From Glaucostegus cemiculus (taxonomy: Eukaryota), in NCBI GenBank assembly GCA_976551045.1, contig CDPCPM010000011.1, positions 11,842,001-11,906,000 on the forward strand: 64,000 nt of DNA. Reading direction: 5' to 3'. Shown piece by piece: positions 23,989 through 38,057 of this stretch. Position 1 is the stretch's first letter; each line of letters opens with the position of its first letter. Made by a program: the position numbers and the translations under genes. The notes beneath the pieces are model-generated. The model saw only the letters and a list, made by a program, of their open reading frames with translations, was not told the origin of the DNA and made no database searches.

Positions 23989-26571
23989 GATGTTTTGCTA
24001 TATAAGGATTGCATTAATATTGTGTGTATTAGTTGGAATTTTACATCTCAAAAGATACATTTCAGTTTGGCTCAGTTTTTCTTCCTCTGCACTGATGATT
24101 TGTTCATGACGAATTTCCACTGTCAGGCAACATTAATATAATTTTATAATTGTGCCACAGTAACCTTCAGTGTCTACAGATACCAAACCCAATGTATTCT
24201 GGTGAAGACCCAAGGTGACAAATTAGGATTCCCTTCTTTTGTCAGAATTCTCTTCTGCCTTAATACCCACCACAACTTTGCACAATGTCAAAGGGATACA
24301 TGTACCAGAAAATGTTTCTTGATCCATTATTTTTTACTTTTCCTCTGTTGTGCTGTGGTATGTCTTTGGAAAAGTTAAATGAACAACACCTATTTAAGCA
24401 CTCACCTCAACATATTGTTGTTCAAACATCTTATTCAAGTGACCATTATTCATGTGTGAGTCCCAATAACAAGTGCCAGCAACTTATTAATTTTGGTAGT
24501 ATTTTCAACAATTTCTTGTCTCCATTTAATTTTCACACATATGTAAGCTTTGATGGGAAATGCTGATTGAAATCCACCTTCCAAACTCAAGGACTATTGA
24601 GGCAGGCAGCACCATTTAGCCAAATTTGGCAAACCCGGGACAGATGGACAATCAAAGATGTAACACTTTCTGCCACATTTTAAAACTGAGTTAACCTACT
24701 GAGCGATACTGAAGCTGCTGCATGAATTGTTCCCTAATTTTAAAAACAGCTTGTGACATTAAGAAGTGTGTTGCTCTCCACGATAATTTCTTCGTGCCAT
24801 TGCTGCACTTGACAACTGGAATTAGCATTTATTATATTTACTAGTTGTTGGATACCTCCTTGAATCATTGTGACACAGCTAACATATTCTACTTTTCATG
24901 TTATTTATTTCCTTTTTACTCTCCTTTAGAAAACTTCACAATACTACAGTACCTGACATGTAACTTCAGATTATCTAGGGATATTTTGTCTTTGAAAATT
25001 GAAGAGAGTCATTTTTGTTAAAACTAAACTGATTTGGATTATAAACCAGCCAATATGCTTTCATTTAACACAGAGAAAAGGTCCCACTGTGCCACAAACA
25101 TAAAAACCTCATATATATACATTATTTCTATCTATATAACTTCCCAAGAATCCGATATGATCTAATAAGAAAGGCTAAGAAGTTCTTTTAAGAATCCCTT
25201 CGAGCAAAACTAACATAACTGTATTATGTTTCAGCAGTAAATCAATCTGTACGAACCGTCAGCCTTTAGCTGTAGCCCAGACTTACTTGGTTTGCAAGTC
25301 ATCAGAACTACCTAATTGAATCACTACCTTGGAGCTCACTCCCAAACATTATCCCCCATTTATTCCTCTTGTGTTTCCATTAACATATAGTTCATTGCAC
25401 AATTCAGTCCAAACAATGCATATCATCACCATGCATACCAGGGTTACTTTTGGTGGCTGTGTCTTGATGTTATTCACCGACCAACAAAAAGACCCTTCTG
25501 TGTCCTGTTTTGATTGAGACACTATGGTCAAATGTATATGGCATGAGATTTGCCAACGCTCATGTTACTACTCTTTTAATAAGATGCTCTGGAACTGCCG
25601 GTGAAGGAAAAGCGCAGCACAAAATGACTGACCTATGCAAGAAAAGCTGATTGAATTTTCTATCATTAATCCTTTCATTGACACCAAGTATTGTCCATCA
25701 AGTTTGAACAAAATGCTTCCTGGACCCCATTAACCTCAATTGTTGTGTTTACTTCTGATCCCTTCCTTTTGTGCCCTTGGAGAATTTTACAGCTGTGTCG
25801 ATTCTCTGTGAGAATCAGAAAGAAAGAGCCTAGACCTCTATTTATCACCAAAAAAAATCAAATGGCTGTGAAAACGAAACAATGTTAACAATTTTCACCC
25901 ACCATCTTTTATTGATCGCTTCTGGGTATTTTTTATACATCATTATTGAGGAAACTGGCCGCTGATCTCTTGCAAATGACCATGAGGAATTTAATTTTGC
26001 TTCTTTTTAACTGAAGCAGTCATGTCTCCACTGATATCACTTCATCTGTCAAAAGAACTAAACATTTAAACATATTTAAAACAAAAGTATCAAGTCTGTT
26101 TTCTAAAAGATTTTTCAGTATTAACCTCTATACTTTAATGACTACACTTTGTGTAAGGTCAGACATGCTACTAAAATCTGAATCAGCTACCAACTGTTGA
26201 ATCCATATTGCCATTTAGAGTGCTATTTAACTCAAGTGAAGTTTAAGAAAGAGCGAATAAAGCATCATTTCTGGGACACCTGCATTCAAAGATTGTTCTC
26301 GATTTGAAACTGAGAAAGTGACTGGGAGATTTAAAATAAAAATGGTCTTCCAAACATAGTGAAATAATTAAAACAAACATGAGTGTTGTGATAATTAACC
26401 AGAGTTTCTGCCATTTGTTAGGATAGAATAGAAAAGTCACAGCATGTAGACCATTATAATATATAATGTATCACTATTGAAAATTCACTAAGTTAACTCC
26501 AAAAATATTCTTAAGGATATTCGATATGGATTAGATCAATGATATTAATTGTACATAACAATTCTGTCATG

Positions 26572-26740
26572 ACGACAACTTGTACAAAAATCTCTCAAGA
26601 CATTTCATAAAGGAGGTAAACCAAATCAAAGTAGATAGATGGAAGTGTGACCAAAACCCTTGCCAAAGATACGTACCTTAAAGAAGGCCTAACGTTTGAA
26701 GGGGGAAGCAGAGGTGACTTTGGAAGGTGTTTCCAGAGAA
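26572..26740 (-). mobile_element. L2 LINE 3' end fragment
   Basis: Reverse-complement similarity to the L2 3' end at 28640-28805 (GTGACCAAAACCCTTGCCAAAGA..CTTAAAG). Confidence 0.45.
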
Positions 26741-28319
26741 GTTTCAAAGGAAAATAATCCAAGATTTACAAAATAAATTTTCCAATAAATACCCTCACTT
26801 TACTACATAGACATTTGAAACATTGCTAATTTATCTGATTTTCACAGGAAATTTCACATTTTAAACTTTTCCCGTTTCTTTTAGTATTACACTGTATGAG
26901 GAATTCATGACTTCAATGCATCTAAGGAAGCAAACAAAACCAGAAAAGAAATGACAGACATATCTTTGTAAAACTCAGCCATTACTTTAGAATGAATACA
27001 ATCTTCATTTCCTTAAATTAGTCCTAAATATTGCTAAGGTTAACTGCCAATGGCTGTGGAAATAATTAAAATGCGTTTCAGTTTCATTCAGAACTAGCTG
27101 CTTTGTTGATTTATTATAAATATAGTTTCAAAGTTTCCACACTTCATGCATCTTTACCACCTTACAAGCACACAGAGGTAGAAAGCATACTTTATACTTT
27201 ACACCAAGATATGACTCAAGGACAGTGAGTTTTACCTCTGCCTGATGGTCATCAGCAGTGCTTCATGTCTGAACTAAGTACGTGCCTTGTATGTAAACAT
27301 ATCCTAAATGGCAGTTCAGGAAACTATTTTAGATACCAACAGCGAGAGAATACAAGGCTCAGGTAACAATACTTTATACATATAAAGTATTCTTACCTGA
27401 TATTCTTACCCTATATATTGAGAGGTAAGGGGTCTTTTTATATTGAAATCTTCAGCCCAGTTATAGTCGGTAAAGCCCATGTTACTAAAGGGATTACATT
27501 TGTTCCTTTGGAAGGCAACATCACAAGAATGTTTCCACCTGCTCTTACTAGACATAGACCATTGTCCTCTAATATATATCTCCATGGAAATCTTACCCAA
27601 AATGTATTGTACTTGGCCCTCATTCACTCAAGCTGCAACATTTCAAGTCAAGTTGACTCCTCTTAATTGCAATCCCAGGGGATGGGAAAAAAGTTGTAAT
27701 TAAACAGCAATAGAAACCCTTTCTGCTGTATAAATATTACAGCATTGTAATTATTACTCATCAACAAAGTGTGTTCTGAATCCTCTAGATTTATTCAGTT
27801 ACACTCAATTATTTCTACTTGCATTTGATTGAATATAACAGTCTGTTCCATAGAGGGACTGAGGTGAGGACTGTAAGGCAAGTTAACACACATTTCCATG
27901 CACACAGAAGTCTTTTATTATTTTTCTACACCTTGAAACCTCTTGATGTTAACGGTTTTGATGTTATCTTCATTACAATATTCATCCATAAACTGACAAA
28001 ATGTTCAAATCGGAGGTCGAAATTGGTTTACCTACAATTTCGCACTGAATACACAAAATGCAAATTGAGAATGTTAGAAATTCAAAATGAAGACTTAAAA
28101 TCCTGGTCATTATGAGTACCTGAAGAAAAGAAATCATGTGTCAGATCAGATCTTCCAACAGAATCCTGGCATTTATTTCCAAGACGTTTTAATGTCATGA
28201 AAGATAGGTTTTTATTCAAACTTGGTAGAAGTAATTTTCTGTTATCCATTCCCCCTCAGAATTCGTCTTTCATGCCTATGTGAGTTCTACATTCTATCAC
28301 ACTGTCTGATCTCCTCCAC

Positions 28320-28805
28320 AGATTGGAGCTCATCCAAAATTCTGCTATATGTTTCTTAACTTGCACCATTACATTCACTCAACCCTCTGCTCGATGACCT
28401 ACAATGGCAACAGCTCGACCAATATCTTAATTTTAAAATCTGCATCTTTGTTTGCAAACCCCTTGATGGTCTTGCTACCCTCCATAACTTTTATAATCGT
28501 CTCCAACACCATAAGGATCCAAGATGTCCACTCCTGCAATTCTGATCTCTTGATCTTGTTTGAGTTTATCCACTCCATTACTGACAGCAACACATTCATT
28601 TGCCATGTTCTCAAGTTCTGGAAATCTCTCCCAAGTGTCTCTGCCTCTGTATTCCTTTTCCCTCTAAGACAGTCCTTAAATCCTATTACATTAGCCATCT
28701 ACTGTATAAACTCTTTTCAACTTGGTGTCAAAATTTTGTTTGAAGACACTCCAGTGAAGTGTCTGAAATCATTATGCTACATTAAAAGATGCTACGTAAA
28801 TATTA
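28320..28805 (+). mobile_element. L2 LINE 3' end, decayed
   Basis: CCCTCTGCTCGATGACCTACAATGG..TTTTAAAATCTGCATCTTTG..CTGGAAATCTCTCCC..GTGAAGTGTCTG..TTAAAAGATGCTACGTAAAT, an L2 ORF2 end plus 3'UTR. Confidence 0.65.
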
Positions 28806-28995
28806 AGGCACAGAACTGAATTGCCTAACACTATGTTTTTTATGAGCTATGCAATTTTATTCCAATGGAAAATAAAATGTAATTTAAAATTGAAGGTTTC
28901 ATGCATGCAGTAATGTTCAAGATTTCTGTTCCAGATCATCTGATGTGCTGGAACAGAAATCTTGAACAGAAAAATTTGCCCAACAGTGCCAAAAA

Positions 28996-29460
28996 TTGCA
29001 GTGAGTTGTGAACGCAGCACAGTCCATCAGGCAAACCAACCTCCCTTCTACACTTCCCGCTGCATTGGGAAAGCAGCCAATTTAATCAAGGACCCCTCCC
29101 ACCTCAGTCATTCTTTCTTCTCTCCTCTCTTGTCAGTCAGAAGATACAAAAGACTGAGAGCACGAACCACCAGGCTCAAGGAAAGCTCCTATCTCATTGT
29201 TATCAGACTGTTGAACAGACCTTTTACACGCTAAAAAATGAACTCTTAAAATCTGGATCTACCAATCTCATTGTGTCCCTTGCACTTTATTTATCGACCT
29301 GCACTGCACTTTCTCTATAAATGCAACACTATATTCTGTATTTTTTTTCTTTTTACTACCTCAGTGTAATTATGTATGGCATGATCTGTCTGGATGGGAT
29401 GCAAGACAAAAGCTTTTCACTGTATCTCGGTACATCTGACAATAATAAACCAATACCAAT
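28996..29460 (+). mobile_element. Rex1/Babar LINE 3' end with (CCAATA)n tail
   Basis: YTSRCIGKAANLIKDPSHLSHSFFSPL..RARTTRLKESSY..IRLLN; ends AATAATAAACCAATACCAAT. Confidence 0.88.
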
Positions 29461-30394
29461 TTACCTGAGAGGTGTCTAAGGTTAAAGTATTATCTAAACT
29501 ATAGATCACAAATAATGCAGCAGTCCCTCAGTACTGCACTGATGGAGATGAATGTGCAACAATGGCCATTCGATCCCCACTAACTGGAACACTGGACTGA
29601 ACTAACATATAATTAAGTTAAATGAGCTAACAGATTCTTGGCTTTAATTAATGGTGTTAAATTTCAGCTGATAAAGCTTTCTTCTCTAAGGTAAAGCAGA
29701 CTTTTGTAGATCTCTCTCAACTCTTAATGCAGGCTTAATTGGAGAAACGATTTGTTTATGGAGATGGTTAGGAATGAGACATTTGACTTTCTGTAGCTAT
29801 GTGATGATGTAATAAGTGAGTACTATTTGTTACCTGAGCCTAGTTTGATGTTGGAAGCAGATAAGATGCCAGATTAACCTCTGGGTCATACAAATAACTG
29901 GCAGATTAGCCACACTATTCAGATGTGGAATGTTGATGCATCTTCCCGATTTAAGCCAAAACTGTAGGATACTATTTCTTCGTCAGGACAGGGGTCGATA
30001 AGAACCATGCGGCGCATTGAAGCAGACTGGGTCTACAGTTTGTAAACTGCTTTTGATTCCCTGTGTTATCTTCCAGCATCAATGACATTTGATTTTTGAG
30101 AATGTAATACCCATCAATTCTCAAATTAACATTCTTTAAGAAGTATTTTCTGGTTACACATTTGAAAAAATGTTTTAAGACCTGTTTCTACACAGAATAA
30201 CATTCTCCTTGGATATGTGAGAACTTGATTCTTAAACTGATAATGTTGAAAACTCACTGCTCATATGAGCACTTCATATCATTGCCAAGAATTTAGCTTA
30301 AAAATCAAATATCATTGATGTTGGAAGATAGATTATTACACAATGAATCAAAAGCATCTTAAATTTGTGAGTGTTCATCCCTTGTGTATTCGAA

Positions 30395-30522
30395 GGAGAT
30401 TGAGAGATAACCTGCAGGGTTGTGGCCCAAGAGCTGGACAGTGGGATTAACCTACAGTTCATATCAGACCACCATGGTATGATGGGCCAAATGTCCTCAT
30501 TCTTTACCATACATTTCTATGG
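30395..30522 (+). mobile_element. CR1 3' tail fragment
   Basis: GATGGGCCAAATGTCCTCATTCT..CATTTCTATG. Confidence 0.5.
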
Positions 30523-31624
30523 CTCAACGAATGGCAAACATCTGTGAAAGCAAATGCCAGATTTTCAGATGGGAAAGAAAGAAAAGATTTTTTTTAAATT
30601 CTCTGTCTTCTCGGATGGATGCAGAAGATCCACTGGCACCACAGCAAGGGCAATTGTCTCTTCAAATTAACACATCAACTTCAGCAGTCCAGAAAAAAAA
30701 TGGACTTCCCATCTGGCATGACATAATTTTTATGCTCTGTTAATTGAGCTCCTGAAATGCATTGTCTCCACCGGGGGCCCTTTTTGTATTTACAGTCCGA
30801 ATAAGGAATTGGAACTGGGAATGACAATCATGCTGTCAATCAATGTTCACACACTGAGAATCATCGCTTCAGACATTTCCACTTCTCATATAAATTATAC
30901 AAATAATATCTGCACTCAAGTCTGTTCCCATAAGCAGTTGACCCAAAGGTGACAGAAGTTACTGAATGGGCCCAAAGTCAAATGCCAAAGGTATTGCTGC
31001 ACACTTGGGTCCTGTAACCTGAGAGGCATTTGTTTGTCTTCTGACTTGAGCACTTTAATTGCATGATTTAAACCTACTGGATTTGGAAGAGATTTGCTCT
31101 GAATTTTTCTTATAATGATACTTTGTATATGACAAATGTTAGTGGCATCAAGTCTGTTCATTTCCCACCTGTGCTCATGGGTGACTGCCTAAAATAACAA
31201 AGAAACCAACTGAATCATATAGACTTAAATCAATTAATCATCCTTAAGAATGTATTTTTTGTCTGGAAGCAAAATTTCTTGCTCTAATAAATCATTAACT
31301 CAGTATGTGGACATAACGAAAGAGTCTGCAGTCCATTCAATAATGCAACTTGCTGCCAGTGTCTGATTCATAAATTGGAACCTTAAATAACTTACCCTTT
31401 TGCTTAAACTATCCAAGGTGGTACTTTCTTTGGTATGATTGCAAATAACATGGTTCAGGTAAATTCTTAACAATTCCAACCCTCTGAAGAAAGCACAGAC
31501 CCTCTTCAGAAAAGCATTTGGATGGCTACCTTTTACTCTTGCTGTATTATGAATATGATTATTGGCCAGCTTAATTTTGGCATCATAAGACAAGTAAAAC
31601 TGTACACTTAATTAACATTTCATG

Positions 31625-32142
31625 TATTGTACCCAAAAAGATGCTGAGGAGATTTACAAGGATCTTGTCAGGACTGAAAAATTTTTGCAAAGTGCAATGA
31701 TTAGATAAGTGTTGGTTGTCTTCTTAGCATCAGAGAAGGCTGAGGGGAGATTTAAATGAGGGACATAAAATTATGAAGAGTCAAAGGAAAATACAAAGGA
31801 CCTGCTTCCCCTAGTTGAGGTGGGATGGGGTGGGGTGGGGGGAAAGGGGTTGGAGGGGAGTTAAAGAACCAAGGTTTAAAGTTATTAGTAGAAGGATTAG
31901 AAGTGTACTGATTTTTCACCCAAGGGGATAGTAAAGGTTTGGAACTCACTCCTTGAAAGGGAGGTAAATGCCTTACTCCATCTAAAATATCCCTGAATAA
32001 GAATTCGAAGAAACTTGATCTACAGGGCCATGGATCAAGTTTGAGAGGGTGGGACATGTTTTCGTAGCTCTCCGTCAACTTAGGTATAGACAATGGGGCA
32101 AATGGCCTCCTTTTGTGTCATAAATTTTCTTTGATTTCTATG
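31625..32142 (+). mobile_element. CR1 LINE 3' end, decayed, with G-rich stretch at 31818-31860
   Basis: GAGGAGATTTACAAGGAT..GAGAAGGCTGAGGGGAGATTTAA..TTTTTCACCCAAGGG..TGGAACTCACT..GGGGCAAATGGCCTCCTT. Confidence 0.8.
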
Positions 32143-33269
32143 ATAACACCCCAGTCAGTCACATTTTAAAGCAGGGGACTTTGATTCTGCACCATCTGTA
32201 CCAGAGATCCTCAGTAGTCACATATAAATGTCAAAGTTTAATTTTTTTTTGTAATTTTCAAACATCAAAAATTGTTGATACAGATTTAGGGTTTATCCAC
32301 CAATATTGCAACCACCATTAAAATCAAAAAATCTTTGCAAACTTGCAAGCTATCTAAGTTCAAGTGGGAAAAGAATAATAACTCACATAAGCATAGAATT
32401 ACTTCAGATTCTCATCTGGTAGAATGAGTTTGGATATTGTAAAAGGACAGACAATGACATTATTCTCCAACAAAGTAAACATTTTATTTCTATCTTTTTT
32501 TCAATTAAGTAATTAAACAGACTTTTTCAGAGATTTTTAATGAGGAACAAATTGCAGCCAATTATTAATGCAATGTAAGACCATTAGCAACTGAACATTG
32601 GGAATTATGACATGCCTTTTATTTAATCTTTGGCTCATGTCAAGCTGCTACAAGCTACTTAAAATGTTTTACATTTATACATGTTTATTAGCCAACCATC
32701 CCTAAGATGCCAGGTGGTTAGGCTTAAAGCTGAAGATGACTGTGAAGAAAAGTAGGGCAGCTATCAGAAGCCTGAGTTAAAGAGGTAGGTTTTCCAGAAC
32801 CCTTTGAGGACTGGGATGAGACAAAAATATGACAGGAGAGTTGCAGAATGGGTGGATAAGACAGTTAAAGGCTCTGCCATTGAAAGTGAAGTGGAGGAAA
32901 AGGAAATGCAGGCAGACAAAAAATAGAAAAAGTGAGCGTGTAGAGAAGGTTGCAGAAGTCGGGAGGAACTAACATGGATTTGTAGATGAGATTGTGAAGG
33001 CTTTTATGTTGGGATCAAGGAATAGTTAGAAATCAGCAGAGCAAAAAGTGACTTTTTCTGTGGACTAGGATGTAAGTAATACAACTCTAGATCTGCTTGA
33101 TTTGATATGAGGTGAAGCTCTGGAAGTCAATATTCAGAGAATTGCTGAAGCTGAACATCTTCCGTGAAATGGCATAAATAACGGTTTTAATATTGTGGAC
33201 ATAACTCTAGAATTCATATCAGTTCCATTGCTGTTATTGCAGAGGTAAGGTGGCAGATCTTATCTTATA

Positions 33270-33595
33270 ACTTCTACAAAAGGAGGCCATTTGGCCCTTC
33301 AGATCCATGCCAGCTCCCAGAGATACAATCCCATTCCTCCTCTCCATATTTTCCTGGACATGCCCATCAGCTTCTTTGACTCTCTTTTACCATTAATCTA
33401 CACTAAGTGGTATTTTACAGCAGCCATTTAAACTACTAGCATGTCTTGGTATATAGGAGGAAACCGGATCACCCAGAGGAAACCCACCTGGCTATGGAGG
33501 GAACCTGCAAAGTTCACACAGAGTACCCAAGGTCAGGATTGAATCTGTGTGCCTAAAACTGTGTGGCAGCAGCACTACCTGCTGTGCTGCTGTGT
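33270..33595 (-). mobile_element. V-SINE, diverged
   Basis: GGAGGAAACCGGATCACCCAGAGGAAACCCAC (reverse V domain), GGAGGCCATTTGGCCC tail and GGATTGAATC B box. Confidence 0.8.
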
Positions 33596-34109
33596 CTTGA
33601 GGAAATTACAACCACAAAGAAAAGGACCAAGAATGGCAAAGGAAATTAATACCATGGGATATCAAACGGATGAAGTCAAACCATGTTGTAGATACATGCA
33701 AAACTGCACTGAAAGAGAAATTGTGTGAAAGATATGGTAAAGAGTAGAGCATTTGTGAAAATACCAAATTATTGACAAATTATACTACAAATGCTGAAAC
33801 AGCAAAAGTAACTACTTTGATTGATCAAACTACCCCTTTGTTACTCACAATGTGATTAAATGGTTCTGCATTTGCCATGATAAATACCCTCCAGCGATGA
33901 CTTGTGGAGACATGTGTGAGTGTCTGGTGCCAGTTGCAAATGCGTCAATTTTATGCTATTGTGTAATATTGCATGATTAACAATTGATTCCATTTCAGTT
34001 GGTGCTGTCTATATTGACTGCAATAAGGAAGACTTCCTCCACAAATGTAGATATACTATTAATGATGGATACAGAGAGATAAAAAAAGAAAGTAAGAAAG
34101 AATAAGAAA

Positions 34110-34380
34110 GATTCATTGAGCACATTTTGCATCCCCAAGATGTCCATATTTCACACAATCATGAGAGGCAAATATAGGAGCTAATTTGCAAGTAACAACA
34201 TACATAAAGCAGACAAGATGAACAATTAATATTTTTATTTGCTGGTTAAGGAAGCAAAGTTGTCTCAGATACCAAGAGAATGTTTAATTCTTGTGATCCT
34301 TTTATGTCAGCTCTGAAAATATTTATTGGTTTTACTCAAGTATAATTGCACTCTTTAGATGGGACTTCCAACGTGGCAGC
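34110..34380 (-). mobile_element. DeuSINE fragment, highly diverged
   Basis: Same order of motifs as 12890-13195 (GCTAATTTGCA..GGTTAAGG..AGATGGGACTTCCAAC). Confidence 0.35.
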
Positions 34381-35029
34381 AGACAAGCAACAACTTCAAA
34401 TACATGCTCTAGTTGTTAAATGTGATTTGAAGCTATAGGTGAAAATACTGCCAATTGATCTGAGCTCCTTGCCCATCATTAGGATGGTTACTGCACCCAG
34501 ACAACTCACCCATTGGATAAGTAATTGTCCAGCATACGCTGTTTTAGGAATATTTAGACAAGGTAAACTTCCACAATCTCCCATCATTCTGAAAAGTCTA
34601 CAGATCAATTTTATTAATACAGCTTGACCCTTCTCAGCAGTGTTACACCTGGGATAAATAACACCATTCTACGGACAGCTGTTTTATGCAAAGTTTTTGT
34701 AACATATGTGTCTAAGGTAATATCAGTCCTTGACAATAATCTGTTAATGCTGTCACCCATTATGGATTGTTTCATGTGACTCTCTGCTGACTTGTGTTGC
34801 AACAGGGTTTGGTGAAGAGAGTTACAGAAGGAGGCCATTGGAAAGAAAGCAGCTGTACAATGCCAGTTGGCTCTGTTAGATGTTCCACGCATAAAGAACT
34901 TTTCTGATAGTTTAAATTACTGGCTATTTCCGGTACCTTAGAGAGTGAATAATGGCAGTACTGTCAGATATACCAGCTGATGAAATTATGAAATTTAGAT
35001 GTTCCTCCTGGAATCAGAATACCAAAAAA

Positions 35030-38000
35030 ACCACGTGATGCCTCCCCATGGAGAACATGTGAACATGCACCAAGAGACAGCAAGCTATGTAATTTGAATG
35101 AGATTGAGCACAATGAAACAAATAAAAGACACTCAAGCTACTGGGTTTCCTGGCAAGTAACCTGCCTAAAGAATGGAGAAAGTGGAAGGAAGAATTTACA
35201 ATGAGCTGACTATGACAGACAAAACAAAGCAAAAGAACAATAAGATATTATTCCATCTCAGGAGTCACAGGAGCAGAGAATTGGACCATAGCAGAACGTC
35301 CTCAAATGAACTCCTGGAGAATGCATTAGATGCATTTCAAACATATTGCAATCCATCCAGAAATGAAACAGTTATTTGTTTCCAGGTTTCTACATGCAAA
35401 CAGAAACAAGGAGAATCCTTTGGTACTCTCATAACAGAGCTAAGAATGTTGGTAAATAGTTGCACTTTTGTATAGTTCAATGATCCGCTCATCAGATTGG
35501 ATTGTTTGTCAAATACAGGAGTCCAACTGGATGAAATGTTGGAGTTAAGCAGATTTAACTCATGAACAAACAACACTAAGACTGGCAACATTGGATCGCC
35601 AACAGAAGATGAGACAAATAGCAGAAAGAGATAAGCATTCCAAAGTTTCTCAGATTTTGCAAATATTGTGGACTGGATCGTAAGCATCAGAAAAAGAAAT
35701 GCTCTGCCTATGAGAAAGATAGTGCACAATGTTGTTTGGAAAATCAGTTCAAGAAATAAAACACAAGGAAGGAGATATTGAAAGTCCATAGAGTGGATGG
35801 GATGAGCTGTACAGTGGCTGGGATGGGGTCCAATTCAGAGCCCTGGCTAGAAACATTGTATCTAGTGTACAATGTGCTAGGTCAGTCCGTTATGAGGACC
35901 ACCCACTAGGTGTACTTATATCAAGGTGTTAATGCGAGGACAACAGTAACATTTCAGCTTGTCTCAGGTCAAATATACTGTTCATCTGAAACAAACCATT
36001 AATCTCAAAGTGATGCAGTTGAATCATGTGTGACAGATGTATACCATGAGTACACTGATGGAAGATCCTCTCTGAAGGTAGTAATCTGAAAGAATCAAGA
36101 GAGATAAGATGTAAATGTTATCATTATAGACTTTAAACATTTCCCGAACTTGGTAAGAAATAGAGTACAACAGATGGAACTAATAAAATTATACATCTCA
36201 GGATCAGGAAGGTTGATTTAACATAAGCAATCACTTTAGCCACATAGTTCACAGCTAAGTATGCATATGTCTTTCAAGGAAAAGGTGGACTGGTAAGTAA
36301 AGAAGATTAATTCCAAAATGAGTGTAAGTTGCCAATAGTAAACCCATGAGGTTTTGCAGCAATGGCTCTCAGGGAAAAACTTAAGGTCAAGTGGGCAAGA
36401 CTGACTGAAGATAGGGTTAGTCACCCAATAGACATGCTTGGTGTGTGCTGAGAAATCAAGTAGCATGTTGAGAATTGCCCAAACTCAAGAAGACCTAAAT
36501 GGAGATCCACTTTCCTATGAAGACAGTTGAAGATGTTGAGCCATATCTGGGTCGTCCAAACGTTTTCAGTGTACTGAATGCAAAGAATTCTTCCAACAGG
36601 AGGGGAATCCATAATGATCCTGTTTCAATGCACTATTGGGGAATGTTGGAGACAAACGACTGCATAGTGCATTAGAAGGTCTCAGTGTTGTCAAACCCAC
36701 AGGAAGTGACATATCGATCCTCAGGGAATGAGAAGACAGTGGAAGAGACCATTTTAGACAATTACTGACAACCGCAATGAGGGGATAAAGCAATCAAAAG
36801 CTAAAATTAAAAATGGAAGAAGTTTTCTTCATGTGCCACATGATCACCAGAGATGAGACTGAGACCAGATCTGCGCAGGTTCTGCCCAATCTGAATAAGA
36901 TGTGTAAGCCACACAGACAGTTGACTGAGAAGGCTGAGGAATGTGCTTTGTTGCCTCCCATTGCATGTGTTCAAATGAATCAAGGAGACAGTCATAGTTG
37001 AAAAACATACTTTGATGACAAGAAGGAATTGACACTACAGCAAAGGGTCTCAGAGCAACAATCTTGCAGGACAATCAGCCAACAGTGTATACCAGTAGAG
37101 CTCTCACTGATGTGGAGATGTATTATGCGCACTACTTTGAGCAACTACTTGTGATCTTTGAACTAGAGAGGTTTCACTGGTACACGATGATAACAAGTCA
37201 TTCAAAATAATTGATACACCCATCCACAGAACAACAAGAATGCTGCAGGAAATATTTATTGTGCGGATGTACAATGTAAAGAATCAGTACTGTACAGGCA
37301 AACACATGCATGTCACAGCACACGAAGCTAAATCTATCTCAAGGAAACAAGGGATGTCAAGGATACTGAGGTTGAGGATTATTGTAGTGATACTCAGTTG
37401 AATTTCTCAACCATGGATTCAGGAGATAGAGAAAGCTCTTAGGCCAGTGATTTAAGCAGGATAGAAAGAGACACATGAGGATGATCCTGTTCTAAGACCA
37501 TGATACCTCGTGAGAATTGAACTGTCACCTCAAGGTGATCGTCAGAGGGGAAAAGAGTAACTATTCCTGGACTATGAAGAAACAGCATGAGAAAATGCTT
37601 TCCCTCCTCACAGCTGGAAGTAAATGGTTGTCTCCACGGAGTGAGAGAAAGCATCTCCTGGCCAAGTATCAATAGGTAACTCAGGAAGCATGTGCAGAAA
37701 AGTAAGACCTGCAAATCTTCACAAAGGATTCAACCAAAGGAACCGTTCCACTGTCATCAGGACCCTGAGAAATTCTCAGGTCAAATCTCTTTCATGTAGA
37801 TGAGAAAACATCTGATGATAGCTGAGTATGTTCAATATTTTTGCAGATCGATTTCTCAGAAAACACTCCTTATCAATATTCACAAGCTCAAAGGACAGTT
37901 TGCTATGAACATCATCTCTGAGGTTCAGAGGGTCACAGTTCACAGCAAACAATTTTGTGAAGTTCTGAAAGGATTTCCACCACTAGACAGCATCACCTCC

Positions 38001-38057
38001 TTTCCCACATAACAATGGAAAGGCAGGGAATACTGTGAGGGTGGCCATGGAACTGAT
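35030..38057 (+). mobile_element. Decayed Ty3/Gypsy LTR retrotransposon internal region (gag-pol)
   Basis: Gag YCNPSRNETV..KQGESFGTLITELRMLVNSCTF; zinc-knuckle-like CKYCG at ~35657; RNase H-like GLRATILQDNQPTVYTSRALTDVE at ~37046; integrase NGKAGNTVRVA at ~38014. Many stops and frameshifts; LTRs not resolved. Confidence 0.8.

Noticed and set aside
28349-28819. 156-aa ORF as a protein-coding gene
   Set aside because: An off-frame reading through a decayed L2 3' end.
34770-34980. 5' LTR and PBS of the decayed Gypsy element
   Set aside because: No matching second LTR or TSD could be found downstream.
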